64,000 nucleotides of DNA from a virus (IMGVR_UViG_3300031992_004563:1-64000), one strand, 5' to 3'. Shown: positions 48,248 through 58,563, counted from the first letter of the stretch. Numbers and translations: made by a program. Notes: generated from the sequence alone by a model not told the origin.

Positions 48248-48293
48248 GGATCTGGTGTCACAAGACATGAGGGTTCGAGTCCCTCCTGGGGTA
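48212..48293 (+). tRNA. tRNA-Leu(AAG)
   Basis: accccag/ctggggt, ccaga-ttaagga-tctgg, variable arm, A73. Confidence 0.85.
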
Positions 48294-48323
48294 CAATAAA
48301 TATTTAAATGAATAATTTAATCT

Positions 48324-48674
48324 ATGAATATTGAATATTCAGTTAAAGAAGAAACAACAGATTTTGGAAAGGTTTGGTATTTTACCGATGAAGAGAATGT
48401 ATCAAGATTTGCTCTTTATATGTATAATGATGAACCCCAAAATTTTTATTTATCTAATATATATGTAGATATTAAATATAGACAATCTGGGCGAGGAAAT
48501 TATATTTTAGAAAAAGCAACAGAAATTGCTAAAAAATACAATGCAGAAAAGCTAATGTTAAAGGTTCTTGATAAATCTTTTATGCATGAATGGTATGAAC
48601 GGCATGGATTTAAAGATTTAATATATGATGAAGAAGAAAATGAATATATTTGGATGATTAAAGAACTTAAATAA
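48324..48674 (+). CDS. GNAT-family acetyltransferase
   Basis: LSNIYVDIKYRQSGRG..WYERHGF. Confidence 0.85.
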   Translation: MNIEYSVKEETTDFGKVWYFTDEENVSRFALYMYNDEPQNFYLSNIYVDIKYRQSGRGNYILEKATEIAKKYNAEKLMLKVLDKSFMHEWYERHGFKDLIYDEEENEYIWMIKELK

Positions 48675-48770
48675 AATAGAAAATAAAAATAGAGGTTTAA
48701 TTGAAACTTCTATTTTTTCTTTTATATAATTTTTATTATTTTTGTATCGTTAATTAAAATACATAATTAT

Positions 48771-49085
48771 ATGAGCAAAAGTTATTCAAAAATAAAAAAA
48801 TTTGGTATTTGTACTGGTAGCAATACTGAATATTATCGTGAGAAGCGTCGTACTATTCGTGCAAAGGATAAACAGTTAATTCGTAATACCCTTGCTCATC
48901 ATAATGTATCTGAGTTTGATGAAGTATATACACCGCTTAATTTACCATTTAAAAACGATTGGAATGAGCCTACTGATGGTACTTTTGTAATGGATGCAAA
49001 ATCTATAGATAGAGATACAATTAAAAGTCCACATGGTGGATATGCAGGAATATATACCACAAAAGATGGTAAGATTAAAAAATAA
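48771..49085 (+). CDS. Hypothetical early protein
   Basis: First ORF after early promoter copy at 48705. Confidence 0.6.
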   Translation: MSKSYSKIKKFGICTGSNTEYYREKRRTIRAKDKQLIRNTLAHHNVSEFDEVYTPLNLPFKNDWNEPTDGTFVMDAKSIDRDTIKSPHGGYAGIYTTKDGKIKK

Positions 49086-49283
49086 AAATAATATGAAGTG
49101 CGAAAATTACATAAGAGACAAATATTGTAGAGGCTATAACATTTGGCCATGTACAAGAGAGGCAAGATGGAGATTGACATATTGGAATGGAAATTCTCAA
49201 TGCCTATGTGGAATATGTAAAGGCAAAATAATGCACGCAATTCGTGAAGAAGGTGGAGAAAACAGAACAAAAATTGAAAAATT

Positions 49284-49700
49284 ATGATAACAGTAAAAAG
49301 ACTTAAAGAGATAATAACATCAGAAGGTGATAATTGGAAAATTGAGTTTCATAAATGGGAACATATGTCTCCAACACCTGATGGTCCTTACCAAGGCTAC
49401 AAAGGTATGCCCAATATTGTTGGTGTTCGTATCATTGATATTAGCGAAAGAATTAGTGATATTGTTGGTTGTAAAATTCGAACATTCACAGTAGAGGATG
49501 ATATTGATGAGGATTTATTTGGCACACCTCAAGAAATTATTGATAAACTTTGTAAAGGTTTAAATGACAATGATTTCATTGATTTTGTTCTTGAGGTTGA
49601 AGAAACACCTGGCCATTCAGATCATATTCCTTTGCATATTAGGCTTTGCGATAAAGGTTACAGTGATAGAACAATTATAATTAGTGTTGATGAAGAGTAA
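49284..49700 (+). CDS. Hypothetical protein
   Basis: Co-directional TAG-free ORF. Confidence 0.6.
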   Translation: MITVKRLKEIITSEGDNWKIEFHKWEHMSPTPDGPYQGYKGMPNIVGVRIIDISERISDIVGCKIRTFTVEDDIDEDLFGTPQEIIDKLCKGLNDNDFIDFVLEVEETPGHSDHIPLHIRLCDKGYSDRTIIISVDEE

Positions 49701-49714
49701 AAAATTAAAATTAT

Positions 49715-49993
49715 ATGAAAAAAGCAAATAACAAAGAAAATAATATTAATGAATATTTGTTGGCCTTTTTAGGTCCATTGCTTGGAGTTGCTTTAGTAAC
49801 TCTTCCAACGTTGAGAACAATGTCCTTTATTAACTATCTTATTTTAGTTGGAGAAGTATATCTTTGTATTATTGGTTTTGTGGTAGCCTTTCTCATTTTG
49901 CTTGGGCTTGTAATGTTATTTGTAAGAATTCCGCTAATTGATAAGATACTTTTTTCAGAGGCATCAAAACATGATTATAGTGATGATATATGA
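49715..49993 (+). CDS. Small membrane protein
   Basis: Two hydrophobic helices. Confidence 0.6.
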   Translation: MKKANNKENNINEYLLAFLGPLLGVALVTLPTLRTMSFINYLILVGEVYLCIIGFVVAFLILLGLVMLFVRIPLIDKILFSEASKHDYSDDI

Positions 49994-50162
49994 GAACTAA
50001 TTTAGACGAAATAGAAGCAGACTTACATCAATGGGATAATACATGTGAACATTTAGGAGGTTATGAATGTGCAGAATGCTTATTAAGTCAAAACAATATA
50101 ACTTGTTTTTATTTAGAAAATCAAGAATGCTGTCCTAATTTTAAATCAAAATTTGAAGTATT

Positions 50163-50573
50163 ATGAATAAAGACATGGTAAACATTATTTCAAATGCATT
50201 AGTAACAATGGGTTATCGTACATCCGATTTTGAGACATATATGAAGCCTATTGGTTTTGCATTATTAATTGCAAAAATTAAACTTTCAAGTGAAAGCGAT
50301 GGTATAATTGTTGAAATTAAACTTGCATTTAATAATGCTACTACAGGTGAGATAACTTTTTGGGATCATAAAGATTTTGCTTGGGATTCTGCTGATGTGA
50401 ATGTTATTAAAGAAAAAGAAAATAAAACAGAGGAAGATATTTATAATGATGCATGCACTGAAATTGCATATGCAGAAGCATTTATTGGATTGGAACATGT
50501 TAGCATACAGCATAAATATCAGACATTTGCATTTAAAACATCTAACGATATTTTTCAACTTATAAAAATATAA
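50163..50573 (+). CDS. Hypothetical protein
   Basis: Co-directional TAG-free ORF. Confidence 0.6.
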   Translation: MNKDMVNIISNALVTMGYRTSDFETYMKPIGFALLIAKIKLSSESDGIIVEIKLAFNNATTGEITFWDHKDFAWDSADVNVIKEKENKTEEDIYNDACTEIAYAEAFIGLEHVSIQHKYQTFAFKTSNDIFQLIKI

Positions 50574-50579
50574 TAATTT

Positions 50580-50942
50580 ATGGCAAAAATTGGAGATAGA
50601 ATATATTTTCGTTGTTGGGATGGTAAAATCGAAACAAAGATTATTACCACCATTGAAGACAGACATGGTGTAGTTTACGATGATGGAAAAACTCGTATCG
50701 AGGACGACTATCAGATGTATAGCACTGGTCCTAATGAGGCAATTGAGTCTTATAACTGTTTGCCATCTGATGATCCAGATGTTGTAGAATTTATTCAATG
50801 GCATGGTGGCGAACAAGCAATGTCTGTAAAAGAGGAAATTGCGGCTTGGTTATTTTCAAAAGGCTATATTAGCGAACCTGATGATATTTTGGTAAAAAGT
50901 TTTTTTATCAATTTATATAATATTGATGAAGACGATTTATAA
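50580..50942 (+). CDS. Hypothetical protein
   Basis: Co-directional TAG-free ORF. Confidence 0.6.
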   Translation: MAKIGDRIYFRCWDGKIETKIITTIEDRHGVVYDDGKTRIEDDYQMYSTGPNEAIESYNCLPSDDPDVVEFIQWHGGEQAMSVKEEIAAWLFSKGYISEPDDILVKSFFINLYNIDEDDL

Positions 50943-50988
50943 ACTTTATCAAAATAATTTGATATAAAATATAAAACTTATAAAAAGT

Positions 50989-51183
50989 ATGGCAAAAATT
51001 ATTACTATAGAAGAACATTCTAAATTGAAGAGTTGCCACTGTGATAAAGGAAAACATCGATTTAGAGAAAATCCATTTGGAATTACATGGTGTGTTATTT
51101 GTGGACAACTATCAGTAAATAACAAAGGCAAAATTGAGCCATTACAAGAAGATGAAAAATTAATTATTAAATGTTATGAATGA
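50989..51183 (+). CDS. Small Cys/His-containing protein
   Basis: CHC..H..CVICG; follows an AAAC-type promoter motif. Confidence 0.55.
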   Translation: MAKIITIEEHSKLKSCHCDKGKHRFRENPFGITWCVICGQLSVNNKGKIEPLQEDEKLIIKCYE

Positions 51184-51493
51184 ACAAAAACCAAAAATAA
51201 CTTGGAAAAATTTTAAGATTTGGCTTAAAGACCAATTTAGTAGAAAGAGATTTTTCTATAATATGTTTATTAGTAGAAATGCATGGGGTGCATTCTCTAT
51301 TAATTCTCATATTAACCAGCATACTGGACAACCAAAGGTAACATATAATCATTTTAAAACTGCACAAAAATCTGCAGAGAAAATGAGTCAAAAACATAAT
51401 ACTCATTTTAGTGTATATAAATGTTTGTTCTGTGATGGTTATCATATTGGAAAGAATAGAGATAATAAAACAGATTATGATAAACAAAGTTAA
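51176..51493 (+). CDS. Hypothetical protein with C-terminal YKCxxCxGYH motif
   Basis: ORF overlapping previous stop. Confidence 0.6.
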   Translation: MNEQKPKITWKNFKIWLKDQFSRKRFFYNMFISRNAWGAFSINSHINQHTGQPKVTYNHFKTAQKSAEKMSQKHNTHFSVYKCLFCDGYHIGKNRDNKTDYDKQS

Positions 51494-51495
51494 TT

Positions 51496-51729
51496 ATGCC
51501 AAGAAAAGTAAATTTTGATGTAACATGTCGTTATGGCATAACATACAATGTAGAACTTCATGGAAGTGAAGGTGCAAAATGGCGTACAGTTGATATGCTT
51601 GGAAGGTGTTGTTGTTTTGTATGCCATAATCATGATTGTAAAGAACCACGCGATGAAAGAATACCATGTTCAATGTGGTGTAAAGTATATGGTGCAAAAA
51701 CACCTTGGTGCGAAGAAACTAAAAAATAA
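51496..51729 (+). CDS. Small Cys-rich protein
   Basis: Co-directional ORF with many Cys. Confidence 0.5.
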   Translation: MPRKVNFDVTCRYGITYNVELHGSEGAKWRTVDMLGRCCCFVCHNHDCKEPRDERIPCSMWCKVYGAKTPWCEETKK

Positions 51730-51734
51730 AAATT

Positions 51735-52181
51735 ATGGATATTGGAAGTGGAAATAGTTATCCTAATGCAGCATTATCAAATTTTGCTCCACACCCATTT
51801 GTAATAGATGGAGTTGAATGCAATTCAATGGAAGGATTTTTGCAATCATTGAAATTTGAATCAGTTGATATGCAAAAGTATGTATGCACATTGGTTGGGA
51901 AAGCCGCTAAGTTTAAAGGCAAAAAGAAAAAGTGGTGGAAAACACAAACTCTTTATTGGCAAGGAAAACCAATTACTCGTCAATCTGATGAATATCAAAA
52001 GTTATTAGATAGAGCATATAATGCATTAAATGAAAACTCCAGTTTTCGAAAAGCATTGGAAGCAACCAAAGGATGCACATTAACTCACTCAATAGGAAAA
52101 AGTGATAAAACAAAAACAGTATTAACCCAATCTGAGTTTTGTTCAAGATTAACAAAACTTAGAGATAATGGAAAACTATAA
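51735..52181 (+). CDS. NADAR-family protein (T4 gp30.3-like)
   Basis: ALSNFAPHPFVIDGVECNSMEGFLQSLKF, QTLYWQG, LTHSIG, TVLT..EF. Confidence 0.8.
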   Translation: MDIGSGNSYPNAALSNFAPHPFVIDGVECNSMEGFLQSLKFESVDMQKYVCTLVGKAAKFKGKKKKWWKTQTLYWQGKPITRQSDEYQKLLDRAYNALNENSSFRKALEATKGCTLTHSIGKSDKTKTVLTQSEFCSRLTKLRDNGKL

Positions 52182-52834
52182 TGAAAGCAAAATCCCCGGA
52201 TGAATATATTATTACGATCAAATCATGGTCATTAAAAGAGCACAAGCCTCTTAGAAATAAAAAAACTAATGCAAAAGAATTAGTTGATTTTTTAACAAAA
52301 CCTAATTTATGTGGAGATATACCTGTTGTTAAAAGATACATTTCTGGTTCTTCTATTCCATGTGCATATTTGTTTATGATTGATTTGAATTATAATAATT
52401 ATGTTCGTGATTACATTTATTCTATTACACTTATTGGCCATAGCATAAATGTTTACCATAGGTATGACAAAATACATACCAGTTATATATTTAGTTCGGA
52501 AGAATGTGCAAATAAATTTTGGGAAGCTTACATAGAAAATAATAGTCATTTGCTTAAAACTTTATATGTATTGCGTTTTAAAAAAGAATATTTTAAAAAC
52601 GTAGATAAAGTTAAAAATATAAATGGCATGACATTTAAATCAAGATGGGAGATGTATAAGCATCTTGGTGACAAATATGGAGTAGATAGTAAAGATGGCT
52701 GGGTATTTGGGCATGGCTATACTCCATTAATTAGAAAGCAATTATATTTTCCATTTGATGATCCTAAAAATGAATATGAAACTTGTGAAGTTTATTTCAC
52801 ACATGAAGATTCAACACCAATAATTACAACTTAA
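52181..52834 (+). CDS. Hypothetical protein
   Basis: 217-aa ORF coupled to previous stop. Confidence 0.6.
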   Translation: MKAKSPDEYIITIKSWSLKEHKPLRNKKTNAKELVDFLTKPNLCGDIPVVKRYISGSSIPCAYLFMIDLNYNNYVRDYIYSITLIGHSINVYHRYDKIHTSYIFSSEECANKFWEAYIENNSHLLKTLYVLRFKKEYFKNVDKVKNINGMTFKSRWEMYKHLGDKYGVDSKDGWVFGHGYTPLIRKQLYFPFDDPKNEYETCEVYFTHEDSTPIITT

Positions 52835-53030
52835 AACATGAAAAGACCAAAATGGTGTGGTGGAAAATACATCCCACAATGTTATAATTTATCATTTAAT
52901 TTGGAAATTACTAAAGGATATTGTAAAAATTGTCAATATTATAAAGAAAAATAAGTATAGAAAAACATCTATTTTTTAATATAAACAAAAAGTATTATTT
53001 TTGTATCGTAAATTTAAAAAGGAATAAATT

Positions 53031-53861
53031 ATGAAACAAACAAAAGGAGATAGCCTTGGAGATCGTATGAAACGATATGAGGCAGTAAGTAAAACAAGTT
53101 TGGTATCTCGTATGCCAGTAATTCTTCGTATTGATGGTTGTCATTTTCACACATTTACAAAAGGATTTGTAAAGCCTTTTGACGAAGTAATGATGAAGTC
53201 AATGCAAGACACTATGAAATATCTTTGTGAGAATATTCAGGGATGCGTTCTTGGATATACACAATCAGATGAGATTACATTGGTTCTTGTTGATTACCAG
53301 AATTTAAATTCATCTGCATGGTTTGATAATGAAGTTCAGAAGATTTGTTCTGTAGCATCTTCAATGGCTAGTATGGTATTTAATAAAGCATTTAAAGAAA
53401 ATTATCAATTAGCTTATTCAATAGATGAGATTAATGATAACACCGTAGATTTTGAAACATATAATAGCCATCAGGCATTGCGTTCAATATATGAACGTGC
53501 AATTACTCGTGGTGCATATTTTGATTGTCGAGCATTTAATGTTCCTAAAGAGGATGTAACAAATTGCGTATTATGGCGTCAACAAGATGCAACCCGTAAT
53601 TCAATTCAATCTGTAGCACAAGCTAATTTTTCACAAAAAGAAATGTTTGGATTAAGTTGTAATAAGCTTCAAGATAAATTGTTTGTAGAAAAGGGAATTA
53701 ATTGGAATGATCTTCCAGTTGAAGAGAAACGAGGTGTATGTTGTGTTAAATCATATTTTACTCAAGATGGAAAAGAACGTTCTAAATGGGTAATTGATTA
53801 TGATATTCCTATTTTCTCGCAAAATCGAGATTATATTGAAAGATTAATTAATTTTGATTAA
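53031..53861 (+). CDS. Thg1-like protein (tRNA-His guanylyltransferase / 3'-5' polymerase)
   Basis: RMKRYE, RIDGCHFHTFT, YTQSDEI, FDCR, WRQQDATRNS. Confidence 0.9.
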   Translation: MKQTKGDSLGDRMKRYEAVSKTSLVSRMPVILRIDGCHFHTFTKGFVKPFDEVMMKSMQDTMKYLCENIQGCVLGYTQSDEITLVLVDYQNLNSSAWFDNEVQKICSVASSMASMVFNKAFKENYQLAYSIDEINDNTVDFETYNSHQALRSIYERAITRGAYFDCRAFNVPKEDVTNCVLWRQQDATRNSIQSVAQANFSQKEMFGLSCNKLQDKLFVEKGINWNDLPVEEKRGVCCVKSYFTQDGKERSKWVIDYDIPIFSQNRDYIERLINFD

Positions 53862-53862
53862 T

Positions 53863-54147
53863 ATGAAAATAAAATTACATAGAGTAAAACATATTCCAAC
53901 TGGATTATATTACCAGCCAGGTGAAAATAATCTTTCTGAAAAAGGAAAAATATATCAGAATAATCAAGATTGTTTAATGGGTGGACATGGAAATCGTTTA
54001 GGTTTATCGATGTTAAAATCTGCTAAACTTTTGAAAAAACACCTAGAATGGTTCAAAGACTGGGAAGAATCTAGTTGGGATCATAAAAGAATTTTTAAAA
54101 ATGTAAGTTTTAGCGAATTTGAACGAGAAGAAATTAAGACTGAATAA
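53863..54147 (+). CDS. Hypothetical protein
   Basis: Co-directional ORF. Confidence 0.55.
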   Translation: MKIKLHRVKHIPTGLYYQPGENNLSEKGKIYQNNQDCLMGGHGNRLGLSMLKSAKLLKKHLEWFKDWEESSWDHKRIFKNVSFSEFEREEIKTE

Positions 54148-54379
54148 TTATGATTTGTGGAAGTAAATGTGAAAATTGTATATATCATCATTCTGGAGAA
54201 GATACTTGTAATTTTACATATTGCATTAAAGAAGAGTATGATGAATATGATGGTGTAGGAAATTATAAAAATAATTATTAATCATGCCAAAGAACTTTGT
54301 AAATATTATGTGTTAGCACAAAGAAATGAGTGACATATAAATATAAAGTTATTTTGGTAGATTTTTAAAAACAAAAATA

Positions 54380-54883
54380 ATGGTTCAGAAAATAATTAAT
54401 ATGCTTGAGCATTTCAAGGAAGTTGCACATTATATTCTTTTAGATGATGCAAATGAAGACCTTGAAAACAAAGAAGAACGATTAAGCCATGCAATAGAAC
54501 AAGCAATTGATAGCAAAATTGCTTGTCTTAAATCTGATTTATATTTAGATAATATGATTAGAACAGATACATGGGATATCATATGTGGGTATTGTGATAA
54601 TTATGATGGAATGGTCGGATGGTTTTGTGATGATGATTCACTTCGTATATATGCATTAGGAAATGAAGGTGGTATTGCACTTATTTTTTATAGAAGTAAA
54701 CAACCTTTAGCAGGAGTTGATAATAGATATGCGAGGCTTCAAATTCATACATTAGGAAAAGATGATGGTGCATATTTTATTGATAGCCAATCTTGTTATA
54801 CTGCATGTCATGGTTCAATAAAAGAATTTTCTATTCTTATGAAAGCTGTGCTCGATAAATTTAATAAATTGGAGAATTTATAA
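54380..54883 (+). CDS. Hypothetical protein
   Basis: Co-directional ORF. Confidence 0.6.
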   Translation: MVQKIINMLEHFKEVAHYILLDDANEDLENKEERLSHAIEQAIDSKIACLKSDLYLDNMIRTDTWDIICGYCDNYDGMVGWFCDDDSLRIYALGNEGGIALIFYRSKQPLAGVDNRYARLQIHTLGKDDGAYFIDSQSCYTACHGSIKEFSILMKAVLDKFNKLENL

Positions 54884-55205
54884 AAATAATTATTAATTAT
54901 GGCAGAAAATCCTTGTTGTAATTGTAGTGAGGTCTATAGAAAAAGACCAAGGTGCAAAAGTCTTAAATGTCCAATGTATTTTGAACATTTAAAAGAAGAT
55001 GAAATTTTTGAAAAGGCTGTAAAAGAAGGATATTTCAAAAAGAAAGTAGATGAATTAAAAGAAAAAGGAGAATTATAATGAAAGCGCATCAAACATTATT
55101 TCAAACAATTGAAAGACCATGTGAGCATTGTATTTATAATGCAGAATGCCCAGATTGGGTTCATGATAAAGATCATTTAAAATGTAAATATTCACAGTGT
55201 TAATT

Positions 55206-56051
55206 ATGAAAGATGGTTGTAAAGAATGTATCGAATCTATTCGAAAACATCCAAGATGCGAAAAATTAAATTGCCCAGTTTTATTTGAAAGTGAAGAACA
55301 AAATAAAAAGGAAGAAAACTATATGAGTGAAGTAAGTAAATATTTTGATAAACAAATTTTGAAATTAGATTCATCTAAGGTAAAAATCTGGTTTACATCT
55401 GATACCCATTTTTCGCATGCAAATATTATCAAATATTGTAATCGTCCATTTTCAAATGAAAAGGAAATGAATGAATATCTTATTGCACGCTGGAATAAAA
55501 TGATTGGGCCAAATGATATTGTTTTTCATCTTGGTGATTTTGCATGGGGTGGTTCGGAAGTTTGGAATAATGTTCTTGACAGATTGAATGGACATATCTA
55601 TTTGATTATTGGTAACCATGATATGAAAAATCTTCGTCAAGGATATATTTCTAAATTTGAATCTGTTGCATTCCAAATGTATGTTTATATTGATGGACGA
55701 GCCGTTTATATGAATCATTATCCATTCCTTTGTTATGGAGGATCATATAGAGGAAAAGATGCTGTATGGCAAGTATTTGGGCATGTTCATTCTAAAAAAG
55801 AACATTATAATATTGAACATATTAATGATGCAGAAGTGAAAGAAATTCTTGGTAAAGATGTTATTCGTCTTCAATATTTAATGCCTACACAATATGATGT
55901 TGGCGTAGATAACAATAACTATACTCCTGTTAGTTGGGAAGAAGTAAAAGAAAAAATCGAGAAACAAATTGAAGATTTTGAATATAATCAAAACAAGAAA
56001 GAATCTTGGTTTAAGAAATTTATTAATAATATTTTAAATCTTTTTAAATAA
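55206..56051 (+). CDS. Calcineurin-like metallophosphoesterase (start uncertain)
   Basis: FTSDTHF, HLGDF, GNHD, NHYP, FGHVH. Confidence 0.85.
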   Translation: MKDGCKECIESIRKHPRCEKLNCPVLFESEEQNKKEENYMSEVSKYFDKQILKLDSSKVKIWFTSDTHFSHANIIKYCNRPFSNEKEMNEYLIARWNKMIGPNDIVFHLGDFAWGGSEVWNNVLDRLNGHIYLIIGNHDMKNLRQGYISKFESVAFQMYVYIDGRAVYMNHYPFLCYGGSYRGKDAVWQVFGHVHSKKEHYNIEHINDAEVKEILGKDVIRLQYLMPTQYDVGVDNNNYTPVSWEEVKEKIEKQIEDFEYNQNKKESWFKKFINNILNLFK

Positions 56052-56064
56052 AAAATTTTTGATT

Positions 56065-56574
56065 ATGTATTTTTATAGTAAATGGGATAAATTTAAGTAT
56101 TGGTTTAAATTTTGGTGGGTTATTATACTTACTGTGTATTCAATTGGAATATCATATTTATATTTTAGTAAGTTAAATAGTGAACACCCATTAATTTATG
56201 TTACTCGTTATGAACAACATAATGATACTATTAGTGGAAAACTTAGGTTTCATTATAAATATAACCCAGTAATTTATAATGTTATAGAGAATACTGATTT
56301 TATTATTCCAGATGGTATATATGAGGTTCAAAACACTTATTCTCCTAAGTTTAATAAATCAATGCCAATAATTGTAAATGTTCCTGGAAGGGCTGGAATT
56401 AGAATTCATTACGGTTCATGTCCAGAACATTCTAAAGGATGTGTATTGGTAGATGAATATACACTCAATAAAATTATTGAATTTGTGGATAAGAATAAAG
56501 CTAATGAACGAAAAACATTTATATACATAAATACAATTAATTTAATAGATCACAGAAATGAAAAAGGAAAATAA
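56065..56574 (+). CDS. Membrane-anchored DUF5675-like protein
   Basis: IPDGIY..YSPKF..VPGRAGIRIH.G..HSKGCVLV. Confidence 0.7.
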   Translation: MYFYSKWDKFKYWFKFWWVIILTVYSIGISYLYFSKLNSEHPLIYVTRYEQHNDTISGKLRFHYKYNPVIYNVIENTDFIIPDGIYEVQNTYSPKFNKSMPIIVNVPGRAGIRIHYGSCPEHSKGCVLVDEYTLNKIIEFVDKNKANERKTFIYINTINLIDHRNEKGK

Positions 56575-56705
56575 TCTAAATTGGCCAAATATAAATTTTG
56601 ATTACATATCACTTTATGATAAATGCAGAAATCACCATCCATCTGATTTTGATAAAATAGTAAGATATGTAACAGAACTTCGTAAGAAATATAAAAACCA
56701 ACAAA

Positions 56706-56942
56706 ATGGATAAATTAATTCAATATACTAAAAATTATTTTAAACCATCTAAACAATATACTTCTGTTATTAATATTGATAAAATGGTGGATGAAGCCCA
56801 AGAATGGGTATTAAATATAATTTCTGTTAATAATTGGCCAAGTGGTGGGTTTGATTTAAATTTATTTAGAAAAGAAATGGCTAATTGGTTTTCAGATAAT
56901 TTAGAATATTTTTATAAAGGAGGAGCTTCATATTATTATTAA
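56706..56942 (+). CDS. Hypothetical protein
   Basis: Co-directional ORF. Confidence 0.5.
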   Translation: MDKLIQYTKNYFKPSKQYTSVINIDKMVDEAQEWVLNIISVNNWPSGGFDLNLFRKEMANWFSDNLEYFYKGGASYYY

Positions 56943-57044
56943 TTATGAGTGAAAAGAAAAATTATCCAATATGTATTGGACCGGTAGGAACTAAACTTGC
57001 TAAACTTTTTTCTAAATTAATAGAAAAAGAAATAAAAAAGAAAA

Positions 57045-57947
57045 ATGAGTGAATTTGAAGATATAAATATTGATGATATGCTAAAAGGCATAACACCAAA
57101 TTTTGAAGATAATCCTATTGAATATAAAGGATCAACTGTTTTAGAAAAACCAAAGGTTTTAAAGCGGTTGATTCTTGGTGATATTCATGGCCATTGGGAT
57201 AATCTAAAAAAGATATATGATTTGGAAGACCCAGATGAAGTAATTGTTCTTGGCGATTACTTTGATAACTTTAATGGTTCTGACCAAAGCATATATGATT
57301 GTTATCGTGATATTCTACAACTTCGTGGAGATCATTTAGCAAATAAAACTGGTGATTTTATAATGTTAATTGGCAATCATGATTTTCATTACAATCACTG
57401 GTATGAGAAATGTTCTGGGTATCGTTCAAGCATGGCTGTTAAAAATGCAATTATCTTGAATAGCTATTCTCAACATCTTAAGTTTGTATATTTAGATGAA
57501 GTCAATAATACTTTATATTCACATGCAGGTGTAACAAAACATTGGCTAAAAGAAAATCTTCAAGATAAGTATGATAAAGATTCATATAAGTATATAAATG
57601 AAATGAATCATAATGCATTTAAATTTACTTATAAAGGTGACACTGGACGTTCTGGAAATTCAATATATGCTAGTCCTATTTGGTGTCGTCCACAATCATT
57701 AAATCTTGATGCAATTGATAATGAAAATGGAGAACCAATAGTTCAGATAGTTGGACATACACATTGTGATTTTCCATTATGTTATAATTTTCAAGGATAT
57801 GAAATGCCTGATGATTTAGATATAATTAATGAACATTTTAATGATGTAAAAATTTATATAATGGATACAATGCCAAAGTATTATATGGTTGAAGAGCTTG
57901 ATGAAAATAGAAAGATTATTAAACGTGTTATAAAACAATTGGCATAA
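57045..57947 (+). CDS. Calcineurin-like metallophosphoesterase
   Basis: GDIHG, GDYFD, GNHD, SHAG, VGHT. Confidence 0.85.
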   Translation: MSEFEDINIDDMLKGITPNFEDNPIEYKGSTVLEKPKVLKRLILGDIHGHWDNLKKIYDLEDPDEVIVLGDYFDNFNGSDQSIYDCYRDILQLRGDHLANKTGDFIMLIGNHDFHYNHWYEKCSGYRSSMAVKNAIILNSYSQHLKFVYLDEVNNTLYSHAGVTKHWLKENLQDKYDKDSYKYINEMNHNAFKFTYKGDTGRSGNSIYASPIWCRPQSLNLDAIDNENGEPIVQIVGHTHCDFPLCYNFQGYEMPDDLDIINEHFNDVKIYIMDTMPKYYMVEELDENRKIIKRVIKQLA

Positions 57948-57981
57948 TTTATATATAATTTAAAAATAAAGTGTAAAAACT

Positions 57982-58563
57982 ATGGCATACGAAGTATATT
58001 TTAGAAACATACCAGAAGATGTTATGGAAAAGTACAATCATAAAAATAAAGGTACTTTTAATCGATTTGGTGGTGCTCAAGAATATAAATTAGCATTATT
58101 AATTTATACAATGCAAAAATCTAAAGATAATGATAATGATATATTAAGGGTTGTTAAGGATTGTGCATTTAATATTAAATTATATTTAGGTGGGCTTCAA
58201 TTAGAAGTTGATAAAAGAGAAGAACAATTTGCATATGATAGATGGAAAGAAGAAAATGGAGAGCTTTGGTATTGCGGAAATAATTATGAAGATGCATATG
58301 ATCTTAATGAATACAGAACAAATTTAATAAATGATACAGTTGAGAACTTAGCAATTCTTAAATATTGTGCAGAATCTGGAAATTATTTTGATGAACACAA
58401 TCATCATTATGAAAAAGTTAGAGAAATTCGAGAAATTCTTGATAATTTTGAAACAGAAATGCAAGAAATTAAAGTTGCTGAAATTGAAAAAGAATTAAAG
58501 GATTATCGAGTTCCAGATTCTGATTATAATGATATAAAAGAAGAATTAGAAAATAAAGATTAA
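57982..58563 (+). CDS. Hypothetical protein
   Basis: 193-aa TAG-free ORF. Confidence 0.6.
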   Translation: MAYEVYFRNIPEDVMEKYNHKNKGTFNRFGGAQEYKLALLIYTMQKSKDNDNDILRVVKDCAFNIKLYLGGLQLEVDKREEQFAYDRWKEENGELWYCGNNYEDAYDLNEYRTNLINDTVENLAILKYCAESGNYFDEHNHHYEKVREIREILDNFETEMQEIKVAEIEKELKDYRVPDSDYNDIKEELENKD

